Source: Candidatus Latescibacterota bacterium (GTDB lineage: Bacteria; Latescibacterota; UBA2968; UBA8231). Taken from it: 64,000 nt of DNA. Shown here in pieces: positions 50,001-58,544 of the stretch. Numbering within the stretch: position 1 is the first letter of the stretch; every line of letters begins with the position of its first letter. Position numbers and translations under genes: made by a program. The stretch is from positions 4,576,001 through 4,640,000 of the forward strand of contig OZ242005.1 in NCBI GenBank assembly GCA_965204725.1, written 5' to 3'. The notes below the pieces were generated by a model. It saw nothing but the letters and a program-made list of their open reading frames with translations, did not search any database and was not told the origin of the DNA.

Positions 50001-51249
50001 CCGGCGGGAAGGTCCAATCCGCGAGTTCGGGCCGCGAGCCGTCCTTGTTGAGCAGGGGGTATTCCTCAAAGTAGGACTTGATGTACTTGAACATCCGGGT
50101 GTTGGGCAGTGGATTTTCTTCGCTCGTCGCCGCGTGAAAGACTTCCACGGTGGAGGCGGTGGCCTGCGCGGCCGCCGCCAGCACGGTATTGACGACGATG
50201 TCCACGGGCACCAAGTCCATGGGCGCGCCAACGGCGGCCGGGAAGTCCGGGACGATGCCCCGCCCGTAAGCCACCACCAGCGGATCGGTCACTTTGAGCC
50301 CGTGGATCCAGCCGGGGTGCGGGTCTTGGAGCGCGCCTTCGGTGACGCTGGGACGCACGATGGCCAGTGGCACTTGGCCGCGGTGCTTGACGAGCAATTG
50401 TTCGCCCATGGCCTTGGTAAAAGTGTACACGTCATTCCAGCCGTAATGGCGCGCTCGGCGCATCCCTTCCTCGACCAACTCGCGCTCGGTCCAGCGGCGA
50501 CAGCGGTCGTCGATCAGCTTTTGCAAGCGGCTGTCCGACAGCGTCCGGCGGTGGCTTTGCTCGACGATCTCGCGGCGGAATGCTTGCTGTTGCTCGGCAC
50601 TGCGCGCTTGGGCGCGGATGGCTTGGCAGGTGGCTTGCGCTTGGGCGATCTCTTCTTCGGGGACGAAAGGTTGCGAAGGGGTGCGGCCATCGATTAGGTG
50701 CTGAATCGTGCGGTCTGTCGGCAGTGTGCGCTCGGGGACGGTTCCGGTGAGGCGACCGTTGACGTACGCGGTGGATACGTGGACTAAGACGGGATTTTTG
50801 CGGCCTTCGCGGGCCAGCCGCAAAAGCTCCTGCGGGGCCAAGGTGTTGAATTGGACCGCCGAGTCGAGCGGCTCGTCAAAGGTGACGCTGGCCGCGTTGC
50901 CGATGATGAGGTCCACTTCCGCGAGCAGTTCGTCGCGGGCCGCTTCGTCTAGCCCGAGGCCGGGCTGCTGCATGTCGCAGGCGAGGGCGCGCACCTTCTG
51001 CCGCGCCGCAGCAAAGGCGGCTGGCTCTTCGCGGCGGAAGCGGTCAAAGACGACTAGCTTAAAAAGCTCGTCTAGCCGCTCCTCTACCGGCCGCGCCACT
51101 CCACCCGGACCGCGACCGGGCCGCAGCGCGAGGTACACGCGCCGCACACCGGGCAAATAGCGCAGGATCTTGGCCGTCAGCCCCTGCCCGTAAAACCCGG
51201 TGCCGCCGGTCAGCAACACGGTGCGGTCCTCGTAGAATTCTCTGATCAT
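47053..51249 (-). CDS. Multidomain fatty acyl reductase / adenylation / carrier / PlsC acyltransferase (ElbD-like architecture)
   Basis: TGGTGFYG and YTFTKAMGE (male-sterility FAR); GYGLSE, WLHTGDLG (A domain); LDSL (carrier Ser); NHASHLD, FPEGTRS (PlsC). Confidence 0.85.
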   Translation of the reverse strand: MIREFYEDRTVLLTGGTGFYGQGLTAKILRYLPGVRRVYLALRPGRGPGGVARPVEERLDELFKLVVFDRFRREEPAAFAAARQKVRALACDMQQPGLGLDEAARDELLAEVDLIIGNAASVTFDEPLDSAVQFNTLAPQELLRLAREGRKNPVLVHVSTAYVNGRLTGTVPERTLPTDRTIQHLIDGRTPSQPFVPEEEIAQAQATCQAIRAQARSAEQQQAFRREIVEQSHRRTLSDSRLQKLIDDRCRRWTERELVEEGMRRARHYGWNDVYTFTKAMGEQLLVKHRGQVPLAIVRPSVTEGALQDPHPGWIHGLKVTDPLVVAYGRGIVPDFPAAVGAPMDLVPVDIVVNTVLAAAAQATASTVEVFHAATSEENPLPNTRMFKYIKSYFEEYPLLNKDGSRPELADWTFPPVARFQRVFNWKYLYPLEIKQKLYEYLPERWASAQKKRRLAALKTRLKRVQYFTDLFSPYTTLDCRYETKRMLALYESLPPEEQRLFNMDVRRIDWYQYYQKTHLPGLRRHELGGAADDQEPLSATPGEVGGEEQRWRIEESIRTIPDLLRWACGRYAARTALQIERRSGWTRVSYDELLARAERVARSWRAQGVSAGARVLLCGDNGPEWVVAYMAASLLGLAVVPVGPQTREQDIWRLGDFVQARALIATEKRFSQLSPEGVAAHREMAFFNVDRNGLPFGCAPEPAASVGEGRSKLPKVEPAATASILFTSVVEPRGVVLSHRNLISNVLAQGEVLRIYESDRMLSTLPLHQALEFTGGLLLPLLGGATITYLEAVNSREMLRALRDTETTVLLTAPRLLRVLVERVERLGAEATAGLAALRRVVSVGAALSDDLIAAYERLGVAICQGYGLSEAASVVAVNTPKQCKARSVGQVLPGQQVRIAAPDERGVGEVLVRGSNVMEGYCSQEALTQAVLRDGWLHTGDLGHLDDDGYLFVAGRSKDLIVNGAGHNVYPREVEALYRGLPHVADLCVVGVPSARTGGEELHGVAVLNRAAEEVEDLRTTIQAHSYEVSRTLPSHHRIQCLHFWTRPLPRLDDGAVDRQALLSAIERADCPGTALPEWEQAIQRQIGLLAGLSTGEVAAHIDAPLDTLLDSLMTVEFAAWLGQRLGTPVEGLLRPQDTLRRVLARIEAHLRDGVNWEVEPSPAYWSGVLHAEPSVEPESEAGKKMLQEILWETGGPLFRRFFDFRAGGLEHLPQDRPYLIAANHASHLDGACVYAAVRSRVDHLNIATSEHSLADSELRLFLYTFANAVPLDGPGDFAAGLVRARQLVGVRRPLLVFPEGTRSVNGQLQPFKAGVGLLAYELDAPVVPLHIAGTREALPKGTRKPVRHPLRLLFGPPLETTSFKECGEALSPYEIYYEIATALKRQIEALGRKNI

Positions 51250-51350
51250 GGCAGAAACGGAAAAGCCCCATCCCGTGCAGCGAGTGGCCCGTCAGGACAG
51301 GGCTGAAAACGTTGTAATATAGAGAGCGGGCTTACCTGCCACAAGGCGGC

Positions 51351-51497
51351 TCAGCGCGTGGGACGCCGAGGCTTGCGACCTTTGGCGCCGCGCTGATTCT
51401 GGGCGAGCCCTTGCTTGGTGATATAGGGGTGTTCGACCTGCTTTTCCAACTCGCGCCGCTGGTCAGCCCACTCGATGTCTCGTTTTCGCTTGGCCAT
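51351..51497 (-). CDS. Candidate 48-aa basic small protein
   Basis: Manual translation MAKRKRDIEWADQRRELEKQVEHPYITKQGLAQNQRGAKGRKPRRPTR in an otherwise empty intergenic gap. Confidence 0.45.
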   Translation of the reverse strand: MAKRKRDIEWADQRRELEKQVEHPYITKQGLAQNQRGAKGRKPRRPTR

Positions 51498-51574
51498 GTT
51501 TTGATGTTATCTTTGATACCTTAATCCAATCTACGCAATCTACGCGCTAGGCCGCTGATAGGGCAACCCAAGCT

Positions 51575-52480
51575 ATGTCCAACCACTGGGTCTTGATAGC
51601 CAATCCAACGGCGGGCCGTGCCCGCGCCCAGCGTTTTGCCGAGCAAGCGGCCTTAGTGCTGCAAGACGCCGGGCGAGCGGTCGAGTTGCGCTACACGCGG
51701 GCCAAGGGGCACGGAACCGAGTTGGCGCAGCAGGCCGTGGCCGAGGGTGCTGAGCGGCTCGTGGTCTGCGGCGGCGATGGCACCATCCGCGAGGCCCTCG
51801 TACCCCTCGCTGGTTCGCCCACGGCCTTGGGGCTGCTGCCCTGCGGTACGTGCAACGACTTGGCCCTCGCCCTCACCGTGCCGTTGCGAGAGGAAGCGGC
51901 CATCGGCAACCTGCTGCGCGGCGAGGTGCGTGCCATAGACCTAGGACGGGCCGGCGACCGCCTTTTCGCGACCATCGCCGCGTTTGGCTTTGACGCCCAA
52001 GTCAGTCGCCGCATGGAGCGGGCCCAAGGGCCGCTGTCCGGGCGGGTCCGCTATGTCTTGGAAGCACTGCGGCACCTCGCTCGCTACCAACCCGCTCGGG
52101 TTCGCCTCAGCGGCGATTTCGGGGAAATTGAGCAAGAGGTGCTGCAAGTATCCGTCGCCAATGCGCGGAACTATGGAGGCAATTTGTGCGTTGCCCCAAA
52201 TGCCGACCTCGGCGATGGCCTCTTTGACGTCGTCGTCGTCAATGCAGTGCCGCGGCGGGCCATTCTGTCGCTGATGCTCCGCCTCTTTTGGCGAGGCCAC
52301 CTCCGCCATCCAGCGGTGCGCGTTGAGCGCACAGGCCGCCTAAGGCTGCACACCGACGAGCCGCACAGCGTATATGCGGATGGCGACTATCTAGGCCAGA
52401 CGCCACTCGCGCTGGAAATCAGCCCGGCGGCCCTGCGGGTGGTGGTGCCAAGTTCTTGTTCGCAGGGGGTGCGTTGCTGA
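51575..52480 (+). CDS. Diacylglycerol/lipid kinase family (YegS-like)
   Basis: NPTAG, GGDGT, LPCGTCND, NYGG, YADGD. Confidence 0.9.
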   Translation: MSNHWVLIANPTAGRARAQRFAEQAALVLQDAGRAVELRYTRAKGHGTELAQQAVAEGAERLVVCGGDGTIREALVPLAGSPTALGLLPCGTCNDLALALTVPLREEAAIGNLLRGEVRAIDLGRAGDRLFATIAAFGFDAQVSRRMERAQGPLSGRVRYVLEALRHLARYQPARVRLSGDFGEIEQEVLQVSVANARNYGGNLCVAPNADLGDGLFDVVVVNAVPRRAILSLMLRLFWRGHLRHPAVRVERTGRLRLHTDEPHSVYADGDYLGQTPLALEISPAALRVVVPSSCSQGVRC

Positions 52481-52537
52481 TATTGCCCTAAGAAGCGGAG
52501 CAGCAATCCACTAACCACTGGTATTCCACAGCATCTT

Positions 52538-53515
52538 ATGGCTACTCGCGCCCAGCAAATACGCCTCGGCATCTTCTTCTTGGTTTCGCTCGCGGTCCTC
52601 GCGCTGTTCTTCATCGTCGTCGCGGGCAGCCATCTCCTGAGCCAGCGCGACACCTATTACATCGAGTCCAACTCGCCCGTCAGCGGCCTCAACAAAGGCG
52701 CGGACGTCAAGTACTTGGGCTTCAGCATTGGCCGAGTCGAGGACATCGCAATCTCACCGGACGATCTCACCACTGTGGTGGTCGAGATTTCGGTCGAGAG
52801 GCGGCTAGCCGAAAACGCCATCCGCACCGACACGCAAGCGCGCATAGCCTCGCAGGGAATCACCGGCCTGAAGTACATTGAGCTTTTGGGGGGCAGCAAC
52901 GACGCCCCGGTCCTCGCACCGGGGGCCAAAATTGCTGCGGGCGCGACCTTTTTTAGCACCATGCAAGAGCGCGCCGAAGTGCTCAGCTCTAAGGTTGAAC
53001 AATCCATCGACAACCTAAACGCGCTGCTCAGCAGCGAAAACCAGCGCGTCCTCACCGAGCTCCTCAGCAACGCGGGCAATCTGCTCGCCACGGCCAACTC
53101 GCTGGTTGCGGACAACCGCTCCGCGCTCGACGAGACGGCCGCCAATATGGTGGCGACCAGTCGCTCGCTGGCCACGGCTAGCGAGGCGTTGGCGGCGACG
53201 GCCGATTCCCTGCACGTGTTGCTCATGGGCGCGAAGTTGCAACAGACGGTTGACGACCTGCAAGGGACGATGCACGCGGTGCGCCAACAAATGGACGGCC
53301 CGGTCCCCTTGCTCGTCGCCCGGCTGGACACCGTGATAGGCCATATTGACCGGACCTTTGTGGGCATCGATCAGACTGTGGGGGCCAGCCGGCAAAACAT
53401 CCTGCGCGCCATGCAGGAATTGGAGGAAACTTTGCAGAATATCCGCGAAACCACCGAACTCATCCGCGAGAACCCCGCGGTACTCATCCGAGGTCGCAGC
53501 GGTGCGGCCCAATAG
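52538..53515 (+). CDS. MCE/MlaD family protein with long helical tail
   Basis: N-terminal TM, VSGLNKGADVKYLGFSIGRV, QGITGLKYIEL, ENPAVLIRG. Confidence 0.9.
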   Translation: MATRAQQIRLGIFFLVSLAVLALFFIVVAGSHLLSQRDTYYIESNSPVSGLNKGADVKYLGFSIGRVEDIAISPDDLTTVVVEISVERRLAENAIRTDTQARIASQGITGLKYIELLGGSNDAPVLAPGAKIAAGATFFSTMQERAEVLSSKVEQSIDNLNALLSSENQRVLTELLSNAGNLLATANSLVADNRSALDETAANMVATSRSLATASEALAATADSLHVLLMGAKLQQTVDDLQGTMHAVRQQMDGPVPLLVARLDTVIGHIDRTFVGIDQTVGASRQNILRAMQELEETLQNIRETTELIRENPAVLIRGRSGAAQ

Positions 53516-54257
53516 CCGAGTGTGCCGCTTCGGCCAAGCCCTCGTCTTGGTCGCCGCTTTATCCGGCTGCGCCCAGTTGCTAGGCGGCGAGACCAAGTTG
53601 CCGCAAAAGCGCTATTTTAAGTTGCCTATCGAACCCTTGCGCGGCAGCGTAGAAGGTTCCGAGCGTCCATACCCTTTCCAAGTGCAGGTCAAGGGCTTTG
53701 AGGTGCCCCGAGCCTATGACCGCACCCACATCATCCGCCGCCGCGATCAGTACGAGTTGCGGCGCGACAACCTCCACCACTGGATGGAGCGCCCCGGCGA
53801 CATGATTACCGACGCGGTCAAGCAGTACTTGCGCCAAGCCGACCTCTTTACCTATGTCGGCGGGGACCGCGACTTTTTCGAGCGCCGTCCAGATTACGTG
53901 CTCAGCGGCTCGGTCAAAGCCATTGAGCTCTTCGACAGCGGCGACCTGTGGGCGGCCCATTTAGTTATGACGATGGAACTGGTGCGGCAAGCCGATGGCA
54001 AAGTTATATGGCAGGACGATTTCGACGAGGAGAAACAGGTGTTTTCTCCGGCCATGATACACACTGTGGCCGCGTTGAGCGGGATTTTGGGCCAGCGGAT
54101 GCAAAAGGCGATTGAGGTGATCGACTTCAAGTTCCTCAACAAGCAGCGGCCCGCGCCCGCCGCGCCCAGTGGGGAAACCGCCCCGGCGGCCCGAGATACG
54201 GTGCTGCAAACCGAATCCGATCACTACGAACTCATTCCGGGAAAGCTGGCCCGCTAG
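53502..54257 (+). CDS. ABC transport auxiliary lipoprotein (PqiC-like)
   Basis: LSGC lipobox; HHWMERP; start approximate (GTG 53502). Confidence 0.75.
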   Translation: MRPNSRVCRFGQALVLVAALSGCAQLLGGETKLPQKRYFKLPIEPLRGSVEGSERPYPFQVQVKGFEVPRAYDRTHIIRRRDQYELRRDNLHHWMERPGDMITDAVKQYLRQADLFTYVGGDRDFFERRPDYVLSGSVKAIELFDSGDLWAAHLVMTMELVRQADGKVIWQDDFDEEKQVFSPAMIHTVAALSGILGQRMQKAIEVIDFKFLNKQRPAPAAPSGETAPAARDTVLQTESDHYELIPGKLAR

Positions 54258-54265
54258 GACTTGGT

Positions 54266-55768
54266 ATGTACAAGGTACTCTACATCCTGATCGCCCTGCC
54301 GTTGCTCGCCAACCCCGCCTTGGGCACCAGCTACACGTGGCTCGCCTCACCCGGGCGCGGCCAACTCGAACAGGATCCAACCCTGATTCCCAAGGGCAAG
54401 GGCTTCCTCTTTGTACCGACGATGACCGGAGCCCTCAACGAGCCGAGCTTTCTCGTCTTGCAAGGCAACAAACCTATCCGCGAAGCCGCCCCCGGCACCG
54501 GCGTGTTGCTCGCGCCCGGCACCTACGAATTATTGGTCGGCTCGGGTACGGACCTCCAGATGATGAGCCGCGCCGTGCCGGTCCGCGAGGGCATGACGAC
54601 CCTGATAAAGCCCTTCTGGGCCGGACTCATCATCAACGTCGTATCCGAAAACCGCGCCCCGCTCAATGAAGCGTACGAGCTGTACCGGGAGTCCTCGCAG
54701 GAAAACTACGGCCTCGGCTTCGGGGTCGAGGAGGAGCGAGGCGAGGCGGTCAAAACGTGGCTCCTGCCTCCGGGGGTTTACTCGGTCGTGCGAGTCGGCG
54801 ACAACGTGTCAACCACCCGCAAGTTCAGCGTCCGCCTAGAGCCGGGCGAGTTGGTCCAGCGCAATCTAGTGGTGGATACCAGCGATGACTTCATCGGCTT
54901 CTATCCCCCGGCTCAGCAGGGACTCCTCACCCAAGTAGCGGACTCGCGCTGGAAAACCTCCTTTCAGCTCAGCGGCGCGCCCCGGCTTTCTACCTCGCAG
55001 AACACCACCGGTGCCGATCGCTCAATCCTCGCGCTTTCCGCTGAGGTCATCGGCAGCAGCGTCTATAACACGGACCGCCACTACGTCAATCTGCGGCTAG
55101 ACTTTGAAGAAGGCTTCACCCGCGAGGAGGGCGACGACTTCCGCAAGTCCATCGACAAGTTCGAGGTCCGCGCCACGTACATCTACCGGCTTTCCAAGCG
55201 GGTCGGCCCCTATTTGCGCGGGGTGTTCAACACCAAGCTATTCGCCACAGAGGACCACTTTGACCAGCCTAAGTCCCTGCTGGTCCGCAAGGGCGACGAG
55301 ATCGAGCCCATGAAGGGCGTTAGCAAGTTTACGCTCTCTCCGCCCTTCAGCCCCCTCGAGCTGCGCCAAGGCATTGGCATCAACGCCCAAGTCATCAGCA
55401 GCTTTCCCCTGAACTTCGACATGCGCGTTGGTTTTGGGGCGCGTCAGAGCTATGTCACCGAGACCTTTGACCTAAACTCCTCCCGCACCATTGCCCGCAA
55501 GTTGAACGACACGGCCACCACCGGCTTGGAGGCCGTGTTGCTCCTCCGGTCGCGTTTCTCGCGCTTCCCCAGCTTGGACTCGGAGTTTGACCTCCTCATC
55601 CCAGAGACGGGCACCGACGCTTGGGAATTCAATTGGGAAAACCGCTTGCGCTTGCCGCTTAGCCGCTTCGTCAACATGGTCGTCGTCTTCGACTTTGAGC
55701 GCGAGCAGGCGGTGCAGGGGCTGCAATCTACGCAACAGGTTCTGCTGCGCCTCAACTATTTGCTATGA
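54266..55768 (+). CDS. Secreted protein with probable C-terminal outer-membrane beta-barrel
   Basis: Signal peptide; two short beta-sandwich-like units (LAPGTY, LPPGVY); amphipathic strands ending VLLRLNYLL. Confidence 0.6.
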   Translation: MYKVLYILIALPLLANPALGTSYTWLASPGRGQLEQDPTLIPKGKGFLFVPTMTGALNEPSFLVLQGNKPIREAAPGTGVLLAPGTYELLVGSGTDLQMMSRAVPVREGMTTLIKPFWAGLIINVVSENRAPLNEAYELYRESSQENYGLGFGVEEERGEAVKTWLLPPGVYSVVRVGDNVSTTRKFSVRLEPGELVQRNLVVDTSDDFIGFYPPAQQGLLTQVADSRWKTSFQLSGAPRLSTSQNTTGADRSILALSAEVIGSSVYNTDRHYVNLRLDFEEGFTREEGDDFRKSIDKFEVRATYIYRLSKRVGPYLRGVFNTKLFATEDHFDQPKSLLVRKGDEIEPMKGVSKFTLSPPFSPLELRQGIGINAQVISSFPLNFDMRVGFGARQSYVTETFDLNSSRTIARKLNDTATTGLEAVLLLRSRFSRFPSLDSEFDLLIPETGTDAWEFNWENRLRLPLSRFVNMVVVFDFEREQAVQGLQSTQQVLLRLNYLL

Positions 55769-56862
55769 CTTGGGTGCAGAGCGACGAACAGGGAATCGCG
55801 CTCGGGGCCGCGCTTTCGCTACACACCATCGGCGCACTCGCTCCGCAAGTCCGCGCCCTCATCGCCGCGCATCCGCGCTCCGCGCTCCGCGCAGATTTGC
55901 GCCAAGTCGAACACCTCGACACGGCCGGGGCCATCTTCCTGCGCGGCTTGCCCGCCCTCGCCCGCTCCTTGGACAAGGAACTCCGCCTCGACGGGCTGCC
56001 CGCCCACTTGCAGCCCTTTTTCGACTTTGCCGCGCCCGTGCTGCCGCCCGCGCCGGCAAAGCCGCCCGCACCCGCCGCCCTTGAACGCCTCGGCGCGTGG
56101 GTCCGCGCTCGCGGCAACCGCGCCGCCGATTTTCTCTACCTGATGGCCGACCTGAGCGTTTTCGCGGTCGTAGCCCTGTTTCGCCGCGATCTGATTCGCC
56201 GGGGCAGCTTTGGCGAGCAAGCATACGCGATTGGTGCCCAAGCCCTGCAGATCGTCGGGCTAGTGCTCTTTCTCGTCGGCGCGGTTTCGGCGCTTCAGTC
56301 CGCGGCTCAGCTCCGCCAATTCGGGGCCGACATTTTCGTCGCCAACCTGCTGGGCATTGGGTTGACCCGCGAGTTGGGGCCGCTGATGACCGCGATCATG
56401 GTGTCGGGCCGCTCCGGTTCGGCTATTGCCGCCGAGATCGCCACGATGAAGTTCACCGAGGAATTGGACGCCCTGCAAACCATGGGCATTGACCCCCTGC
56501 GCTTTGTGGTCGTGCCCAAGCTGTGGGCCATGGTCGTCTGCATGCCGCTTTTGACGATCATGGCCAATTTTGTCGGCATCCTCGGCGGGACCTTCATCGG
56601 CTTGGTTTCGCTGGACATCCCGGTCGCTGTGTTTCTCAACCAAGTTTTCTCGGCGCTCTTTCTCAAGGATTTGCTCACCGGGCTGGTCAAAAGCGCGTCC
56701 TTTGCGTGGCTTATTGCGGTCATCTCGGTTCACCACGGCCTCCATTTCAGCGGCGGGGCCGAGGGCGTCGGCCGGGCGACTACTGCGGCGGTCGTATCGT
56801 CGCTGTTTGGCATCATCGTCCTCGACGCCTTCTGGGGCATTGTCTTCTACCTCCAATGGTGA
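55765..56862 (+). CDS. MlaE-family permease with N-terminal STAS domain
   Basis: LDTAG; RELGPLMTAIMVSGRSGSAIAAEIATMK; GVGRATT. Confidence 0.92.
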   Translation: MTWVQSDEQGIALGAALSLHTIGALAPQVRALIAAHPRSALRADLRQVEHLDTAGAIFLRGLPALARSLDKELRLDGLPAHLQPFFDFAAPVLPPAPAKPPAPAALERLGAWVRARGNRAADFLYLMADLSVFAVVALFRRDLIRRGSFGEQAYAIGAQALQIVGLVLFLVGAVSALQSAAQLRQFGADIFVANLLGIGLTRELGPLMTAIMVSGRSGSAIAAEIATMKFTEELDALQTMGIDPLRFVVVPKLWAMVVCMPLLTIMANFVGILGGTFIGLVSLDIPVAVFLNQVFSALFLKDLLTGLVKSASFAWLIAVISVHHGLHFSGGAEGVGRATTAAVVSSLFGIIVLDAFWGIVFYLQW

Positions 56863-57602
56863 CGCGCGCCATCGAAATCCAAAACCTCTGCGTGTCCTAC
56901 GGCGAAACGGCCGTCCTGCACGGGATTGACGCACACGTAGAAGAGGGGGAAATCGCCGTCGTCCTCGGTGGTAGCGGCTGCGGCAAGAGCACCTTGCTCA
57001 AGGCGGTCATCGGCTTGGTGCAACCCGCCTCGGGCCGCGTCGAAATCCTCGGCCAAGATGCGACGGCCCTCGGCGAGGAGGAGCTGGCCCTCCTGCGCAA
57101 GCGGCTGGGCGTGATGTTTCAATACGGCGCCCTGCTCAACTCGTTGACGGTGGAGCAAAACGTCGCCCTGCCCTTGGAAATGCACACGGGCCTAGAACCA
57201 GCCCTGATTGGGGAGATCGCACGCACCCGCCTCGCTTCGGTGGGCTTGGGGCACGCCGGCGAGCGCTACCCCGGCGAGCTATCGGGCGGGATGCGCAAAC
57301 GCGCCGCCCTCGCCCGGGCCATGGTCATGGACCCAGAGATTCTCTTCTGCGACGAGCCGGGCGCGGGGCTCGACCCGGTCACCGCCGCTGAGATCGATGC
57401 GCTGCTCCTCGCGCTCAACCGCGAGCTGGGCATCACCATCGCCATTGTCACCCACGAGCTACTCAGCATCGAGCGGCTCGACGGACGCCTCATCATGCTC
57501 GACCAAGGCCGCGTGGCATTTACCGGCACGGTCGCCGAGGCCAAGGGTTCGGAATATCCGGTCGTCCGCTCCTTCTTCAACCCGTCCGGTTCGGCGGAAT
57601 GA
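56856..57602 (+). CDS. MlaF-family ABC ATPase
   Basis: GGSGCGKST, FQYGALLNSL, LSGGMRKRAALARA, DEP. Confidence 0.92.
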   Translation: MVTRAIEIQNLCVSYGETAVLHGIDAHVEEGEIAVVLGGSGCGKSTLLKAVIGLVQPASGRVEILGQDATALGEEELALLRKRLGVMFQYGALLNSLTVEQNVALPLEMHTGLEPALIGEIARTRLASVGLGHAGERYPGELSGGMRKRAALARAMVMDPEILFCDEPGAGLDPVTAAEIDALLLALNRELGITIAIVTHELLSIERLDGRLIMLDQGRVAFTGTVAEAKGSEYPVVRSFFNPSGSAE

Positions 57603-58075
57603 AAACCATTATCATCGCCGCCTTGAGCAAGAACAGGGTCATTGGCCGCGACAACGCCATCCCTTGGCGCTACCCGGCCGACCTAAAGCACTTCCGCCGC
57701 GTCACGTGGGGCCACGCGGTCGTGGCGGGCCGCAAAACCTACGAGACCTTTCAGACGCGCCCCTTGCCCCAGCGCCTCAACTTCGTCGTCACCCGCAAGC
57801 CAGACTACCCAGTCGCCAAGGGCGTGGTGGTCTGCGCGAGCTTGGCCGAGGTGTTGCAGCGCGCCCGCACTCTCGGTCGCGCAAAACTCTTCGTGCTCGG
57901 CGGCGGCCAAATCTATGAGCAAGCCCTGCCCTTAGCCGACGAAATGATCCTGACGCACCTACCTATCGAAGTTGAGGGCGACGTGTATTTCCCAGCATGG
58001 GACGAAGGGGAATGGGAGACGGTGGAAAGGCGCGGCGCAGGCGACTTGGTCTTTGCGACGTATCGCCGCCGCTGA
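57599..58075 (+). CDS. folA: Dihydrofolate reductase
   Basis: NRVIG..NAIPW..PADLKHFR, GRKTYE, LGGGQIY, GDVYFP. Confidence 0.93.
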   Translation: MKTIIIAALSKNRVIGRDNAIPWRYPADLKHFRRVTWGHAVVAGRKTYETFQTRPLPQRLNFVVTRKPDYPVAKGVVVCASLAEVLQRARTLGRAKLFVLGGGQIYEQALPLADEMILTHLPIEVEGDVYFPAWDEGEWETVERRGAGDLVFATYRRR

Positions 58076-58085
58076 GGATGTACGC

Positions 58086-58118
58086 AAAAAGGGCCTGCGT
58101 TTCAGCAGGCCCTCTTTC
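58086..58118. terminator. Bidirectional terminator between convergent genes
   Basis: AAAAAGGGCCTGC-gtttca-GCAGGCCCTCTTT. Confidence 0.75.
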
Positions 58119-58146
58119 TCAATACGCGCCACCGAATTGACTCGGC

Positions 58147-58404
58147 TCACTCCACGACGACGACGTTGTTCTCGGAGCCAAATTCGTTGGGCACGACCGG
58201 GGCCTTGGGGTCGTTGCGCCATTCGCCGTCAATCTGATAGCGGTATTCGTACCGCCCCGGAGTCAGGGTGGTCCACGTCGTCCACAGGCCCTTTTTCTGC
58301 TGCCGCAACGACCGCCGTTCCCAGTTGTTAAAATCACCCAACACCGCAACGGCGTTCGCGCTGGCAACCTGCAAGCGAAAGTAAACGCGTTTTTTGCTCG
58401 TCAT
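58147..58404 (-). CDS. Stand-alone CBM48 / glycogen-binding early-set domain protein
   Basis: VAVLGDFNNW, PGRYEYRYQIDGEWRNDP, PNEFGSENNV. Confidence 0.88.
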   Translation of the reverse strand: MTSKKRVYFRLQVASANAVAVLGDFNNWERRSLRQQKKGLWTTWTTLTPGRYEYRYQIDGEWRNDPKAPVVPNEFGSENNVVVVE

Positions 58405-58495
58405 AGCAATCCTCAGTAGAATATCAAGAGTGGAAAAAGTGGTCTTAGTAACGATAGATGCAATCCCGCAGAAGTCAAGGATAGGACTTCTCCGC

Positions 58496-58544
58496 TCTAA
58501 CATTCATTTTTTTCAATCCCCTATTTGCCGGAGGTCGTGTTATG
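58496..58544 (+). repeat. Upstream module copy A (internally deleted)
   Basis: TCTAACATTCATTTTTTTCAATCC (matches copy C) joined directly to a GGAGGTCGTGTTATG leader (matches downstream of copy B). Confidence 0.7.
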
